Below are positions 10,897 through 20,592 of a stretch of 64,000 nt of DNA, one piece after another. The notes under the pieces were generated by a model. It did no database searches. It was not told where the DNA came from and saw only the letters and a program-made list of their open reading frames with translations. The number at the start of each line of letters is the position of its first letter. Within the stretch, counting starts at the first letter, position 1. Both the position numbers and the translations under genes were made by a program. Source of the stretch: Candidatus Eiseniibacteriota bacterium. Lineage in GTDB: Bacteria > Eisenbacteria > RBG-16-71-46 > CAVPCR01. Where the stretch lies: the NCBI GenBank assembly GCA_963823555.1, contig CAWGMA010000001.1:1440001-1504000 (forward strand), written 5' to 3'.

Positions 10897-11072
10897 CAAT
10901 AACCTGACAGGAGGTCGTCGAGGATGCCCCAGATCATGACCGCGACAAGGAAGACGAACAAGGCGATGGGGAGAAGAAGCAGGAGCTTGCGGGTGATGCC
11001 CCGAGGCGGCTTCGGCTTGACCTCGTCGTCCGGCCTGGGCCCGCGGCTGGGAACCGAATTCTGGTTGCTCAT
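10896..11072 (-). CDS. 58-aa single-pass membrane protein (absent from ORF track)
   Basis: MSNQNSVPSRGPRPDDEVKPKPPRGITRKLLLLLPIALFVFLVAVMIWGILDDLLSGY*; TGATG overlap with the ompA start; promoter immediately upstream. Confidence 0.7.
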   Translation of the reverse strand: MSNQNSVPSRGPRPDDEVKPKPPRGITRKLLLLLPIALFVFLVAVMIWGILDDLLSGY

Positions 11073-11081
11073 GGCGCCGCC

Positions 11082-11110
11082 AAGCTATTACAGGGCCCGG
11101 GCCTGGTCAA
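11082..11110 (-). promoter_or_regulatory. Sigma-70-type promoter
   Basis: TTGACC-N17-TAGCTT, 9 nt before ATG 11072. Confidence 0.6.
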
Positions 11111-11119
11111 CTGGCTTGT

Positions 11120-14100
11120 CTAGCGGCGGCGCCACAGAACGTCCAGGGTCGTTTGCCCATCCGCGCTGGCGCCCACCTCGATCTGGATCTGCGGCAGGAG
11201 CCAGTACTCGATGACGACTCCACCGATCCCGCCGCTCCCCAGCTCCTGGTAGACACGGACCAGGGCCTGGCTGCTCAGGTACTTGCCGACGGTCACGCGC
11301 TCGTGCGCACCGGAGGTCTCGATCTGCGCCACGTCGAGTCCGAGCTGGGATCCAACGGCGTCGGCCACGGTAGCCGCAGTCATCATGGTCGCGATCTGCC
11401 CGGCCCGGTCGCCGACCATGGTCCGCTCGTCCAAGCTGAGCTCGCTCGAGTCTTTGCCGAACAGGAGGAGCGAGATGATATCGGCCTCCGGCAGCGGCGG
11501 CTCACTCGAGAGCTCGAAGGTCGGCGCCCGCGCGGTACCGAGCAGGCTCAAGATGACCCGTGTGTCCGACACCTGGATTTCAGCCTCGACATCGAGTGCG
11601 GGATTGATCTGGGTCGTGCCGTAGAAGGTCACCTCCCCCTGGGTCACCGTGAACACGCGATCGACGAAGCGAACGGTCCCGCGCTTGCTTTCCAGCTGGC
11701 CCAGGAGCCGGAGCCCCTCCTCGCTGGTGACGAGTTCGAGATCACCTGAGATCTCGACGGCGATCTGCTTGTTGCGTAGCCAGATACGCCGTGGCATCTG
11801 GATCCGGATGTCGAGATCGAAGGGCAGCTGGCGGGTCGTGCGTGGCCGCGATTCGCGGCTGTCCGAGAGACCAGCCTCGTCGTCATCGACGGCAATGAGC
11901 TTCTGCCGCCGCCGTTCCGGAACCGGGATCTCCGCTTCATCGACCAGCAGGGAGCCCTCGATCCGCGGCCGGAATACGGTCCCGCTGACAGCGAGGTTCA
12001 CGGCCCCGGTGGCCTTGAGACCGTCAGCCGTGCGGAGGTTGAGCCCGTCGGCCTGGATGTCGAGAGCGACGGTCTCTCCGGTGGCCCGGGGCATGGGTAA
12101 TGCTCCGGAGATTGCGACCCGCCCCCCAGCGGTGCGCCCACCTGCCGAGACGACTCTGAGCAGGCGCTCATCGAATGCAGCATCCAGGTGAAGATCCCTG
12201 AATCGGAGGTTGATCGGTCTGATGTCCAGCGACCCGCGGACCAGGGACAGGGCGCCCACCCACGTAGGGGCGGCAAAGGTCCCCCCCACCTTTGCATCCA
12301 GGTCGACGATTCCGTGAAGATCCACCGCCGCCGGCACGTATCGATGGAGAGCGGAAAGATCGAGTGCCGCCACCAACAAGTCCCCAGTGAGCGGGCCGTC
12401 GCGGACGATGCTCAGACGTTGCTCGCGGAGATCCACACTCAGAGGGATCTCGATGCTGGCGCGGGCGGGTCCTGATCCGCTCACATCGAGCCGGCCATCG
12501 AGCGCGAGGCGCCCGCCGCCGAGAGTCAAGTCGAGGTCACCCGAGGTGAGCGGAAATCGGGGCTCGGGAGGAAGAACGAATCGGAGATCCATGCGGCCAC
12601 TGGGCTGATCGAGAGTTCCGCCGAAGGTACCGGCTAGCGTGATGGCGCTCGCGGCGAGCGTTGCCGGGAACCGTGGCCGGTCCGAAGCGAGGTAGATCCC
12701 GAGCGAGTCCGCGTGCGCGGAGGAGGTTACGGTCAGTGGACCCTCCCCGGCGCGCACGCGCAGCTTCGCTCCGTCGACCGTGATCGGAAGGGAGAACGCC
12801 ACCCCGAGCGAGTCGAGATCGTCGCCCTCGAGCGCGAACGTGCCGGCGAGTTCTCGCGGGTCGAGCCGCGCCTGCAACGTGGCGCTCAGGGGTGGAGCGG
12901 AGGCAGAGAGCGTTCCGGGCCAGCGCAGATCGCGGGCTTCGAGGTCGATCCGGCCCGTAGCCTGGTCCGGGCCCATTTCGGCCTCGAGCTCGCCCGCGAA
13001 GACGCCCTCGATCACAGCCAGCGGACCCGAGTCCGGCCACACGGGCTGGAGGAGTGAGCGCAACGCCGAGACGTCGGCTTGCTGGAACGTGAGCGTTCCC
13101 GTGGTGCGTTGCAGATGACGGGAACCGGATCCGGAGATGGTCGCGCCTGCCAGGACGAGCGAGAGCGCATCGATGGCGAGATCGGGACCATGCCGGCGGA
13201 TCTCGAGCGGAGCGGTCAGTCTGGCGGCATCCCCCAGGCTGAACGCGGAGATCTGGATCGCGCTGGTCCCTTCGGGCTCGCGTGTCGCCTGGAGCCCAGC
13301 ATGCAGGGGCCGCGGCCCGCCAGCCAGGACCGAGAGGAAAGCCCCCCTGGCGTCGAGAACGATGTCCGTGTGCCCGCCGTCCAAGCTGACCGCGGCATCG
13401 ACGTCGGCCAGCCGCACCGCGTCACCCGCGAACAGGGAATCGGCCGTGAGCGTGGTCCGACCGGCGAGTACGCCGTCGTTCCGAGTGAGTTCGATGTCCC
13501 CGCGAACTCCAGCGAGGGTCACGCGATCCGCGTAGCGCAGATCGCGCGCCGCGACCTGTCCGTCTACCTGAAGCGCATTCGAGTACCCGCGGATCGTGAT
13601 CTGGGCCGAGCAGTCACCGTGCAAGTCCTGGCCGGTGAGATCCCGCCACCGCGCGAGGTCGCCCACCCTGACCTCGAAATCTCCATCCAGGCGCTGGCCC
13701 CGGCCGATCTCGAGGTGACCGACCACGCGGTCCGCCATGGACTCGAGCGCGACATCGTCGATCACGACCCCCTGGCGTGAGATACCGATGACCAGGTGTC
13801 CGCGCTCGAGGGCTTGGCCTTCAAGCTCGCTCTGGCGAAGATCGAGGTCGATCCGAGCGCGCGTGGGGATCCGACCTCCCGGGCCCGTGGTGAGACTGAT
13901 CGCGCCGGAGCCTGCAAGCCGTCCTGATGGCGCGCGAGGATGAAAGCGGGAGGGATCGAGGCCGGAGAAGTCGAGGCGCAGACGACTGGTGGCCCGCTCG
14001 CCGAGCAGGAGCGGTCCTGCGATCCGGATGTCGCCGCCGACACCGGCCAGGGCGAGGCGGGTATCGACGCGGCCGCGGCCCGAGCGCAGAACATCGGTGT

Positions 14101-14974
14101 CGCCCTTGGCCGAGGCCTCCAGTCCGAACGGCGACCACGGCGATAGCGCCCGGTGCAGCCGCGACAGGTGGCCGGCGGGAATCTCCCGGGCTCGGATCTC
14201 GAGAGAGAAGGTCTCGTCATCGAGCGCGAGCCCGATCGCGAGTGGTACTCCCCCCCAGCGCAGCGCCGACACGGTGAGCTCTCCATTCAGCGGTGGCCCG
14301 GAATCGAGCCCGAGGGTTGCCCTGTCGATCGCAATCGCTGGCCCGACCCAGACGCCTGCGAGTTCGTCGACCTGGACCTCGCCCCGGAACGGAGCGCCGA
14401 GAGCGACCGCGACGCTGGCCACCACGGCGAGCGAATCGAGAACCGTGGGGGATGCTCCTTCACGGCCCGACAGCTGGAAACGCCCTCTCCTGAGCTCGAG
14501 GTGGTGAACGGTGAGCCGCCAGGGCGTTCCCTCCCTCTCCTCGGCCCTCGTGGTATCAGGATGCCCGAAGCGCGGCCAGTCGAGGGTGCCGCTCGCATCC
14601 CTTCCCACGGCCACGTCGGGGCCGTCGATCTCGAGAGACCGGACCCGAACCTCGCGGTGCATGAGAGCTAGCGGCTGCAGCGCGACCTGAACCGCGTCGA
14701 GGCGAAGGAAGGGGACCGGGCCTCCGCCCGGGCTTCCGACCTCTACGGCATGCAAGCCGAGATGCAGGGGCCAGTGAAACTCGAGGGCTCCGATCTCGAT
14801 GGGCAAGCCGAGTTCGCTGCTGAGGCGTATCTCCAGCTCGTCGGCCAGGCGCGTTCTTCCCCGGTCCGAGCCCAGGACGACGCCGAGGATGACGAGAACG
14901 AGCACGAGGACTCCGCCCCCGATGGCGGCCAGGATCTCGATGCCGTTGACGATGCCGCGCCACACCTGCCGCAT
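11120..14974 (-). CDS. tamB: Translocation and assembly module TamB (AsmA-like)
   Basis: N-terminal TM anchor, long beta-rich body, C-terminal LSSEPPLPEADIISLLLFG and VTVGKYL. Confidence 0.88.
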   Translation of the reverse strand: MRQVWRGIVNGIEILAAIGGGVLVLVLVILGVVLGSDRGRTRLADELEIRLSSELGLPIEIGALEFHWPLHLGLHAVEVGSPGGGPVPFLRLDAVQVALQPLALMHREVRVRSLEIDGPDVAVGRDASGTLDWPRFGHPDTTRAEEREGTPWRLTVHHLELRRGRFQLSGREGASPTVLDSLAVVASVAVALGAPFRGEVQVDELAGVWVGPAIAIDRATLGLDSGPPLNGELTVSALRWGGVPLAIGLALDDETFSLEIRAREIPAGHLSRLHRALSPWSPFGLEASAKGDTDVLRSGRGRVDTRLALAGVGGDIRIAGPLLLGERATSRLRLDFSGLDPSRFHPRAPSGRLAGSGAISLTTGPGGRIPTRARIDLDLRQSELEGQALERGHLVIGISRQGVVIDDVALESMADRVVGHLEIGRGQRLDGDFEVRVGDLARWRDLTGQDLHGDCSAQITIRGYSNALQVDGQVAARDLRYADRVTLAGVRGDIELTRNDGVLAGRTTLTADSLFAGDAVRLADVDAAVSLDGGHTDIVLDARGAFLSVLAGGPRPLHAGLQATREPEGTSAIQISAFSLGDAARLTAPLEIRRHGPDLAIDALSLVLAGATISGSGSRHLQRTTGTLTFQQADVSALRSLLQPVWPDSGPLAVIEGVFAGELEAEMGPDQATGRIDLEARDLRWPGTLSASAPPLSATLQARLDPRELAGTFALEGDDLDSLGVAFSLPITVDGAKLRVRAGEGPLTVTSSAHADSLGIYLASDRPRFPATLAASAITLAGTFGGTLDQPSGRMDLRFVLPPEPRFPLTSGDLDLTLGGGRLALDGRLDVSGSGPARASIEIPLSVDLREQRLSIVRDGPLTGDLLVAALDLSALHRYVPAAVDLHGIVDLDAKVGGTFAAPTWVGALSLVRGSLDIRPINLRFRDLHLDAAFDERLLRVVSAGGRTAGGRVAISGALPMPRATGETVALDIQADGLNLRTADGLKATGAVNLAVSGTVFRPRIEGSLLVDEAEIPVPERRRQKLIAVDDDEAGLSDSRESRPRTTRQLPFDLDIRIQMPRRIWLRNKQIAVEISGDLELVTSEEGLRLLGQLESKRGTVRFVDRVFTVTQGEVTFYGTTQINPALDVEAEIQVSDTRVILSLLGTARAPTFELSSEPPLPEADIISLLLFGKDSSELSLDERTMVGDRAGQIATMMTAATVADAVGSQLGLDVAQIETSGAHERVTVGKYLSSQALVRVYQELGSGGIGGVVIEYWLLPQIQIEVGASADGQTTLDVLWRRR

Positions 14975-16857
14975 CAGAAGGCCTCACCCACGGCAAAGTG
15001 AAGGGCATAGGGATCGAGGAGCGAGGAGTAGTTCCCGAGCTTCCAGCCGATATCAAAGCGCAGCGGTCCGATCGGAGTGCCGAGGCGGAGGCCCGCGCCG
15101 ATCCCGGGGGCCATGGATATCGTTCCGATGTCTCGCCATTTCTCCCAGACCTGCCCTACCTCTCCGAACACCGCCCCGAAGATGCGGCCGCCGATGGGCA
15201 GCCGCAGTTCGGCGGTCAGCTCCACCACCGCTTCGCCTCCGATCCCGTACCCCTCGGCGTCGAGAGGTCCCAGGGTACGCCGCGCGTAGGAGCGCATCCC
15301 TACCGCTCCCCCACCGTATTGCCGGGCCCAAACTGGCAGCGTGGCCGTCTCGCCCGCAGGGAGTCCGAAACCCGTACGCACCTGAAGGGCCAGGATGCGC
15401 TTCGCACCCAGCGTCCTGTAGCGCGTGGCGAAGAGCTCGGCAAAGCCGTAGCTGTAATCCGAGTTCAGGGCGGACGTGGCGCCGCGGAGATTGACCGCGA
15501 TCTTGTTTCCCAGCGTGGGAGCGAGCGGCAGGTCGGTCGAGTCGTGGAGGAGTGCGGTCTGCCATTCGGTCAGGCGCGAAGGTCCTTCCTCGGGGGTGTC
15601 GCTCCCTTCGACCTTGACCGTCAGGTCGTTGCGGCTGATCTCGACGCCGATGGCGAAGTCCAGGTGCTGGCCCACGTGGCGGAGTCCGCGCAATCGACCG
15701 CCGAAGCTCCTCAGGTCATAGTTGTTCTCGGTCTCCAGCTGTTGCTGGAGGGTGGCTTCGAGGTCGAACGGACTCCGGAGGAACCGCGGCTGGAGGACAC
15801 CAATGCGACCCCCGAGGAGCAGGGAGGAGTAGTTGGCGTCGATGGTGAGCCGCCGCGCCCCGCCGAGAAAGCTGCGATTGAGCCAGGACAGACGCAGGCG
15901 CAGGTGCTCTTCGCTCGAATAGCCCCCACCGACGGCGAACGAGCGCTTGGCCCTGGCGCCGAGGCCGATCGAGACATCCACGGAATCCACGGCGACCGAG
16001 TCGGCTCGCACCTCGATCTGCTGGAAGACGGCGAGCTGCTGGATTTTGCGCCGGGCCTCCTCGACGCTCTTGGGGCGGTAGATGGTTCCGGGCTCGAGCT
16101 CGGTCTCGTCCAGGACGAGCCACTGGGGCGTGTCGGCGAGGCCGCGCTCGCCGACGGGTTCGATCACGACATCACGCAGGTAGTAACGCGCCCCCGATTG
16201 CACATCGAAGACGATGCGGGCGCTGTCGGTGATGGCCTGCGCGGCAGTCACCGTCGCTTTCCAGTAGCCGCCATCCGCAAGCACGGAAACGAGCCGCGCC
16301 TGGCTGGCATCCAGCTTTTCGAGATCGAGCCGCTGTCCGCGCTCGAGGGGGAGGTCGGTGCGAACCTCTGTAGCCGATGGAGAGACGAGCGGCCACCCCG
16401 TGATCTCGATGGCGGCGACGATGAGAGGACGGCCCTCATCGATCTTGAACTCGACGTGAGCGTCGCCGGCGATGGTGAAGGCCCGCGCCCGGACCCGCGT
16501 ACCGGGAAAGCCGCGGCGCTGGTAATGGATCTCGAGCCGGCGCCGATCGCGGGCGAACTCGCGCGGCAAGAGGGTCTCCAGGCGACCGAAGGGCCGCTTG
16601 GAACTCTCCTCCGTGTAGACATTCTGCCCGAGCTCGGCGTTCGACAGGCTTTCATTGCCCAGGAAACGAACGCTTCGTACCGTTGTGCCGGCGAGGGCGC
16701 CGAGAGCGGCCAGCGAGTCGTCGGGCGTGGCTCCGGTGACCAGGGTGGCCACCGGCTGGGCGCGCGCCGCCGCGAGGTGGAAGAGCCCTCCCCCCGCGAC
16801 GAGCAGCGAGAACAGGATCAGCAGGCGGATGCGAAGTCCGCCTCTAGGTTCCCCCAT
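14974..16857 (-). CDS. tamA: TamA/BamA-family Omp85 protein
   Basis: POTRA repeats, YGGGAVGMRSY loop, TPIGPLRFDIG, C-terminal GEAF; coupled to tamB. Confidence 0.88.
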   Translation of the reverse strand: MGEPRGGLRIRLLILFSLLVAGGGLFHLAAARAQPVATLVTGATPDDSLAALGALAGTTVRSVRFLGNESLSNAELGQNVYTEESSKRPFGRLETLLPREFARDRRRLEIHYQRRGFPGTRVRARAFTIAGDAHVEFKIDEGRPLIVAAIEITGWPLVSPSATEVRTDLPLERGQRLDLEKLDASQARLVSVLADGGYWKATVTAAQAITDSARIVFDVQSGARYYLRDVVIEPVGERGLADTPQWLVLDETELEPGTIYRPKSVEEARRKIQQLAVFQQIEVRADSVAVDSVDVSIGLGARAKRSFAVGGGYSSEEHLRLRLSWLNRSFLGGARRLTIDANYSSLLLGGRIGVLQPRFLRSPFDLEATLQQQLETENNYDLRSFGGRLRGLRHVGQHLDFAIGVEISRNDLTVKVEGSDTPEEGPSRLTEWQTALLHDSTDLPLAPTLGNKIAVNLRGATSALNSDYSYGFAELFATRYRTLGAKRILALQVRTGFGLPAGETATLPVWARQYGGGAVGMRSYARRTLGPLDAEGYGIGGEAVVELTAELRLPIGGRIFGAVFGEVGQVWEKWRDIGTISMAPGIGAGLRLGTPIGPLRFDIGWKLGNYSSLLDPYALHFAVGEAF

Positions 16858-18451
16858 GGGTCAAAAGATAGGCGAGCGTGGGCACCGGAGAACCCACTGG
16901 ACCGTCCATGGCGGTGTAGGCGATGTCGAGATGGATCCAGGGCACCTTCTCATCGATCGCATAGGCCAGGTAGCCGCCGCCCTTGGCGGTCCCGGCACCG
17001 AACTTCTGGTCGCCATCGTTGTTGAGATCGGCGATCTTGGACAACATGACCTCATTGAAGTTCTTCTCGTAGTCCGCTGCCAGGAACTCCGCATTGGGCA
17101 GGTCGTGGGACAGGGGGAGGACCCAGGCCTTCTCCCCGGCTCGCCGCGCCGCTTCGAGCAACCTCTTGCGGTCCTCGACTCCCTTCTTGTTCGACATGAC
17201 CCCGATGGTATCCGGTCCCAGGGCGATCTTGACCGCTCCGGTCAGCGTCGCGGCATCGATGACCAGGTCCGGTTGATGGATCTCCCGCGCGTAGACCAGC
17301 TGATCGTAGAGGATGATGCGACCCTCGGCATCGGTGTGACCGACCAGAGTCGTACGTCCGTCGCGATGCGTGATGATCTCGTCGGTCTTGTAGGCGTGTG
17401 GGCCGTCCATGTTCTCGGCAGCACCCGCCAGGCCGATGACCTTGGCACGCGGCGCCAGGTGGTCGACAAGCCCCATGAGTGCCACCACGGCGGCTGCTCC
17501 CGCCATGTCGCGGTTCATCTGGCTCATCATCGAGCCCTTGTCCTGGAGCCCACCGCAGTCGTAGGTGATCCCCTTGCCAACTACAACTATTGTACGTTCG
17601 GGCTTTTCGGCTGGCTCGTACGTCCATTCGATCTGGGTGACCGGATGGGCGGAGCCGCGCCCCACGGCGAGCAGCCCGGCCAGACGCTCGCGCTTGATCT
17701 TCTCCTCGGACCAGCGCTCGAAGCGTATCCGCTTGAGCCCTTGCGCTCGTCGCTCGGCCTCGGCGGCGAGGGTCCTCGGGTTCAACCGGTCTGGAGGCTC
17801 GAAGGTGAGTCCCTTGGCGAGACACGCCGCCTCGGCGATGGCCTGGGCGCGGGTGAGCACCCTTCCCATCTTGGCGGACGGCGCCGGAGCGCAGAACAGA
17901 TGGATCTCCTCCAGTCCGCGGCAGCGTTCGCGCGACTTGTACTTGGTCCACGCGAAATTGCCGTAGAGCAGGCCTTCCACGAAGGCGCCGGTGGCATCGT
18001 CATCGGCGAGAATACGGCTCGGCAGGATGACTCCGAGCTTGCGCACGTGCTTGCGTAGAGTGCGCGCCAGCTGATCGCCCTTGACCCGGAGCGTCGCGAT
18101 CGGCGCGTTGTCAGGGAGCGCCACCACCTTCAGGCGTCGCCTCCGCCCCGACCACGGGTAGAGGTACTCGCGGTCCCCGCTCTCCTCGTCGTCCTCCCGG
18201 TCCTCGCCATCGGCTCCCGGAGGAGGGCCGGGGCGGAAGCGATCGAGATCGCCTTGCACGAGCCCGGCCACGGCCCGGATCAGCTCGCCCTGGGAATCGC
18301 TCCCCATGAGATCGGTTCCGCCGAGGACGAGCGCCATGGCGTCCTGGTCTCCGAAGAAATCCCCGACTGTCCCGGGGCGGTCGGCCATCACGCGGACGGC
18401 GGGCTGCCCGCTCGCTCCCAGCGCCAGCTTCTCGAAGTCATTGCGTGGCAT
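16844..18451 (-). CDS. M17 leucyl aminopeptidase
   Basis: VGKGITYDCGG, DMAGAA, HTDAEGR, ATLTGA, WIHLDIA; start MPRNDF inferred. Confidence 0.9.
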   Translation of the reverse strand: MPRNDFEKLALGASGQPAVRVMADRPGTVGDFFGDQDAMALVLGGTDLMGSDSQGELIRAVAGLVQGDLDRFRPGPPPGADGEDREDDEESGDREYLYPWSGRRRRLKVVALPDNAPIATLRVKGDQLARTLRKHVRKLGVILPSRILADDDATGAFVEGLLYGNFAWTKYKSRERCRGLEEIHLFCAPAPSAKMGRVLTRAQAIAEAACLAKGLTFEPPDRLNPRTLAAEAERRAQGLKRIRFERWSEEKIKRERLAGLLAVGRGSAHPVTQIEWTYEPAEKPERTIVVVGKGITYDCGGLQDKGSMMSQMNRDMAGAAAVVALMGLVDHLAPRAKVIGLAGAAENMDGPHAYKTDEIITHRDGRTTLVGHTDAEGRIILYDQLVYAREIHQPDLVIDAATLTGAVKIALGPDTIGVMSNKKGVEDRKRLLEAARRAGEKAWVLPLSHDLPNAEFLAADYEKNFNEVMLSKIADLNNDGDQKFGAGTAKGGGYLAYAIDEKVPWIHLDIAYTAMDGPVGSPVPTLAYLLTHGGT

Positions 18452-18579
18452 CGTCTGTGCCCCTGGTCGGTATGAGTGACGTGTGCGGTCTTCCAGCGGC
18501 CCCGGCTTGGCTCGCCCTGGTCGGCGGCGCAAGGCCGATCAGTCTAGCATGGAGGAGGCGGTCCCCCTATCCTCCCGCC

Positions 18580-19542
18580 ATGGCCAATACCCTCCCGGAG
18601 CGCCTCTCCGGAATGAGCGCCCCGCCCGGAAGAGCTGCCGCCATCGCCGCTCTGGGCGGTCAGACGCTGATCGCGGCCAGCACGTTCGTTATCGCCAAGC
18701 ATGCCCTGGCGGCCTTCCGGCCCCTCGAGCTGGCCGGCCTCCGGATGATCGGGGCGGCGATCCTCATGGGTGGTCTCGCCGCTATCTCGCGTCCCGGGAA
18801 GGTTCAGATCCGGACCTGGGGGAAGAAGCTCGCTTTGCTCGGTCTGGTCGGGGTGGCGGCGAACCAGATCTGCTTCCTGGTCGGGCTCGCCTACTCGACG
18901 CCGACGCATGCGGCCCTTCTCTATGCGCTGACTCCGGCCTTCGTCCACCTCCTGGCCCTGGCCTCCGGTGATGAGCGCCCCGACCGCCGGCTCGCACTCG
19001 GCATCCTGATTGCGATGTCCGGGGCGGCGATCGTCATTGCGAGCCGGAGCCCGGCAACGGCGATGCGCGCCACGTTGGGCGGGGACCTCCTCATTCTCGT
19101 GGGTGTCGTGTCCTGGGCCGTCTATTCGGCGCGGGCGCGGGCCGCGGTGCGGGAACTGGGAGCCCTTCGCTTCACGGCCTCCACGCTCGTGGTCGGCGCG
19201 GTGGCCGGCTTCCCCATCACCTTGCCCGCTCTGCGAGGGTTCGATCCGACCGCGATCCCGTTCGGCGCCTGGATGGGGCTTCTCTTTCTCATCGTCTTCA
19301 CATCAGGGATCGCCTACGCGCTCTGGACCTGGGCATTGCGCGGCCTCTCAGCGAGCCAGGTTGCCGTCTTCGCCAACGCCCAGCCGGTGGCGACGGCGCT
19401 CCTTTCCTACGCGGTCCTCGGCGAGGCGATCAGCGGCGCCCTCATGCTGGGCGGTGGCTTCGTGCTGCTTGGCGTCGCCCTCACCCAGATCCGAAACGGC
19501 GCGGCCGTCGCGGTCGAGCCTCGAGGAACACCGATCGAATGA
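18580..19542 (+). CDS. DMT/EamA family transporter
   Basis: About 10 TM helices, ALLYALTPAF, NAQPVATALLS..LGE; start uncertain (18580 or 18613). Confidence 0.88.
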   Translation: MANTLPERLSGMSAPPGRAAAIAALGGQTLIAASTFVIAKHALAAFRPLELAGLRMIGAAILMGGLAAISRPGKVQIRTWGKKLALLGLVGVAANQICFLVGLAYSTPTHAALLYALTPAFVHLLALASGDERPDRRLALGILIAMSGAAIVIASRSPATAMRATLGGDLLILVGVVSWAVYSARARAAVRELGALRFTASTLVVGAVAGFPITLPALRGFDPTAIPFGAWMGLLFLIVFTSGIAYALWTWALRGLSASQVAVFANAQPVATALLSYAVLGEAISGALMLGGGFVLLGVALTQIRNGAAVAVEPRGTPIE

Positions 19543-20582
19543 AGATCAGGACAAACACGCCAGAACTCGTGGAGCGAGCTTGCGAGCGACTCAGCCGATG
19601 GATCGACATTCCATCCATATCCGGTCACGAAGAGGACTATGCGCGGTCCGTTGGCGACACCCTGGCTCGCCTCGGTTTCGAGGTCGAGCTGCGCCCGGTG
19701 GCTCCCGGAAGGCCGAACGTGCTCGCGCGGCGCGGTAGCGGCCGCATTCTCCTCTGCACCCATCTCGATACCGTGCCTCCGCATTTCCCGGCGCACCGGG
19801 AAGCGGACCGGATCACCGGCCGCGGGGCATGCGACGCGAAGGGGATCCTCACCTGCATGGTAGCCGCCGCCGAGCAGCTGGTGGCGGCCGGTGCCGGTGA
19901 CCTCACCTTCCTCCTCGTGGTCGGCGAAGAGGTTGATCACGCCGGGGCGAAGGCGGCGGGCGCGTACGATCTCCGCGCCGACGTCGTGTTGCTCGGCGAG
20001 CCGAGCGAATGCGTCCTCATGCGGGCCCAGAAGGGCATTCTCAAGATCCGGCTCTCGGCCCGGGGCCGGGCCGCGCATTCCGGATATCCCGAGCAGGGGG
20101 AATCAGCGATCGACAAGCTGCTTCGCGTTCTGGATCGCCTCGATGCGCTCCCCCTTGGTCAGGATCGCGTCCTCGGATCCGGGCTCAAGAACGTGGGACT
20201 CATCCACGGGGGTGTGGCGGCGAACGTGGTGGCTCCGGCGGCCGAGGCGGAGCTCATGTTCCGCACCGTCGGTCCTGGAGCCGATCTCGTGGCCGAGATC
20301 GAGAGGCTCGCTGCGGGTGACGTCGCAATCGAGGTGGCGGCCCTCACCGATCCGGTGCGGTTGCACGTGCTCGAGGGCTACCCGACGGGGACAGCTGGTT
20401 TCGGGACGGACGCCCCCTACCTCGCCGGCATCGGTCCGGTGGTGCTTGCCGGTCCAGGGTCGATCCTCGATGCGCACACCGCCGACGAGCACTTGACGCT
20501 CGCTCAGGTGGAAGCCGGGATCGCGCTCTACAGAGGCCTCGTCGAGCGGGTGCTGGCCGGAGAACAGGTTCTCCCCGCCTGA
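19539..20582 (+). CDS. M20/ArgE-DapE family metallohydrolase
   Basis: THLDTV, GRGACDAKG, GEE, GEP, AHS, AHTADE. Confidence 0.9.
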   Translation: MKIRTNTPELVERACERLSRWIDIPSISGHEEDYARSVGDTLARLGFEVELRPVAPGRPNVLARRGSGRILLCTHLDTVPPHFPAHREADRITGRGACDAKGILTCMVAAAEQLVAAGAGDLTFLLVVGEEVDHAGAKAAGAYDLRADVVLLGEPSECVLMRAQKGILKIRLSARGRAAHSGYPEQGESAIDKLLRVLDRLDALPLGQDRVLGSGLKNVGLIHGGVAANVVAPAAEAELMFRTVGPGADLVAEIERLAAGDVAIEVAALTDPVRLHVLEGYPTGTAGFGTDAPYLAGIGPVVLAGPGSILDAHTADEHLTLAQVEAGIALYRGLVERVLAGEQVLPA

Positions 20583-20592
20583 CGAGCGAGGA

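Noticed and set aside
14998..17025. Long antisense or alternative-frame ORFs (also 32506-34311, 47842-49761 and many others)
   Set aside because: Shadow ORFs typical of high-GC DNA, opposite well-supported genes and without motifs
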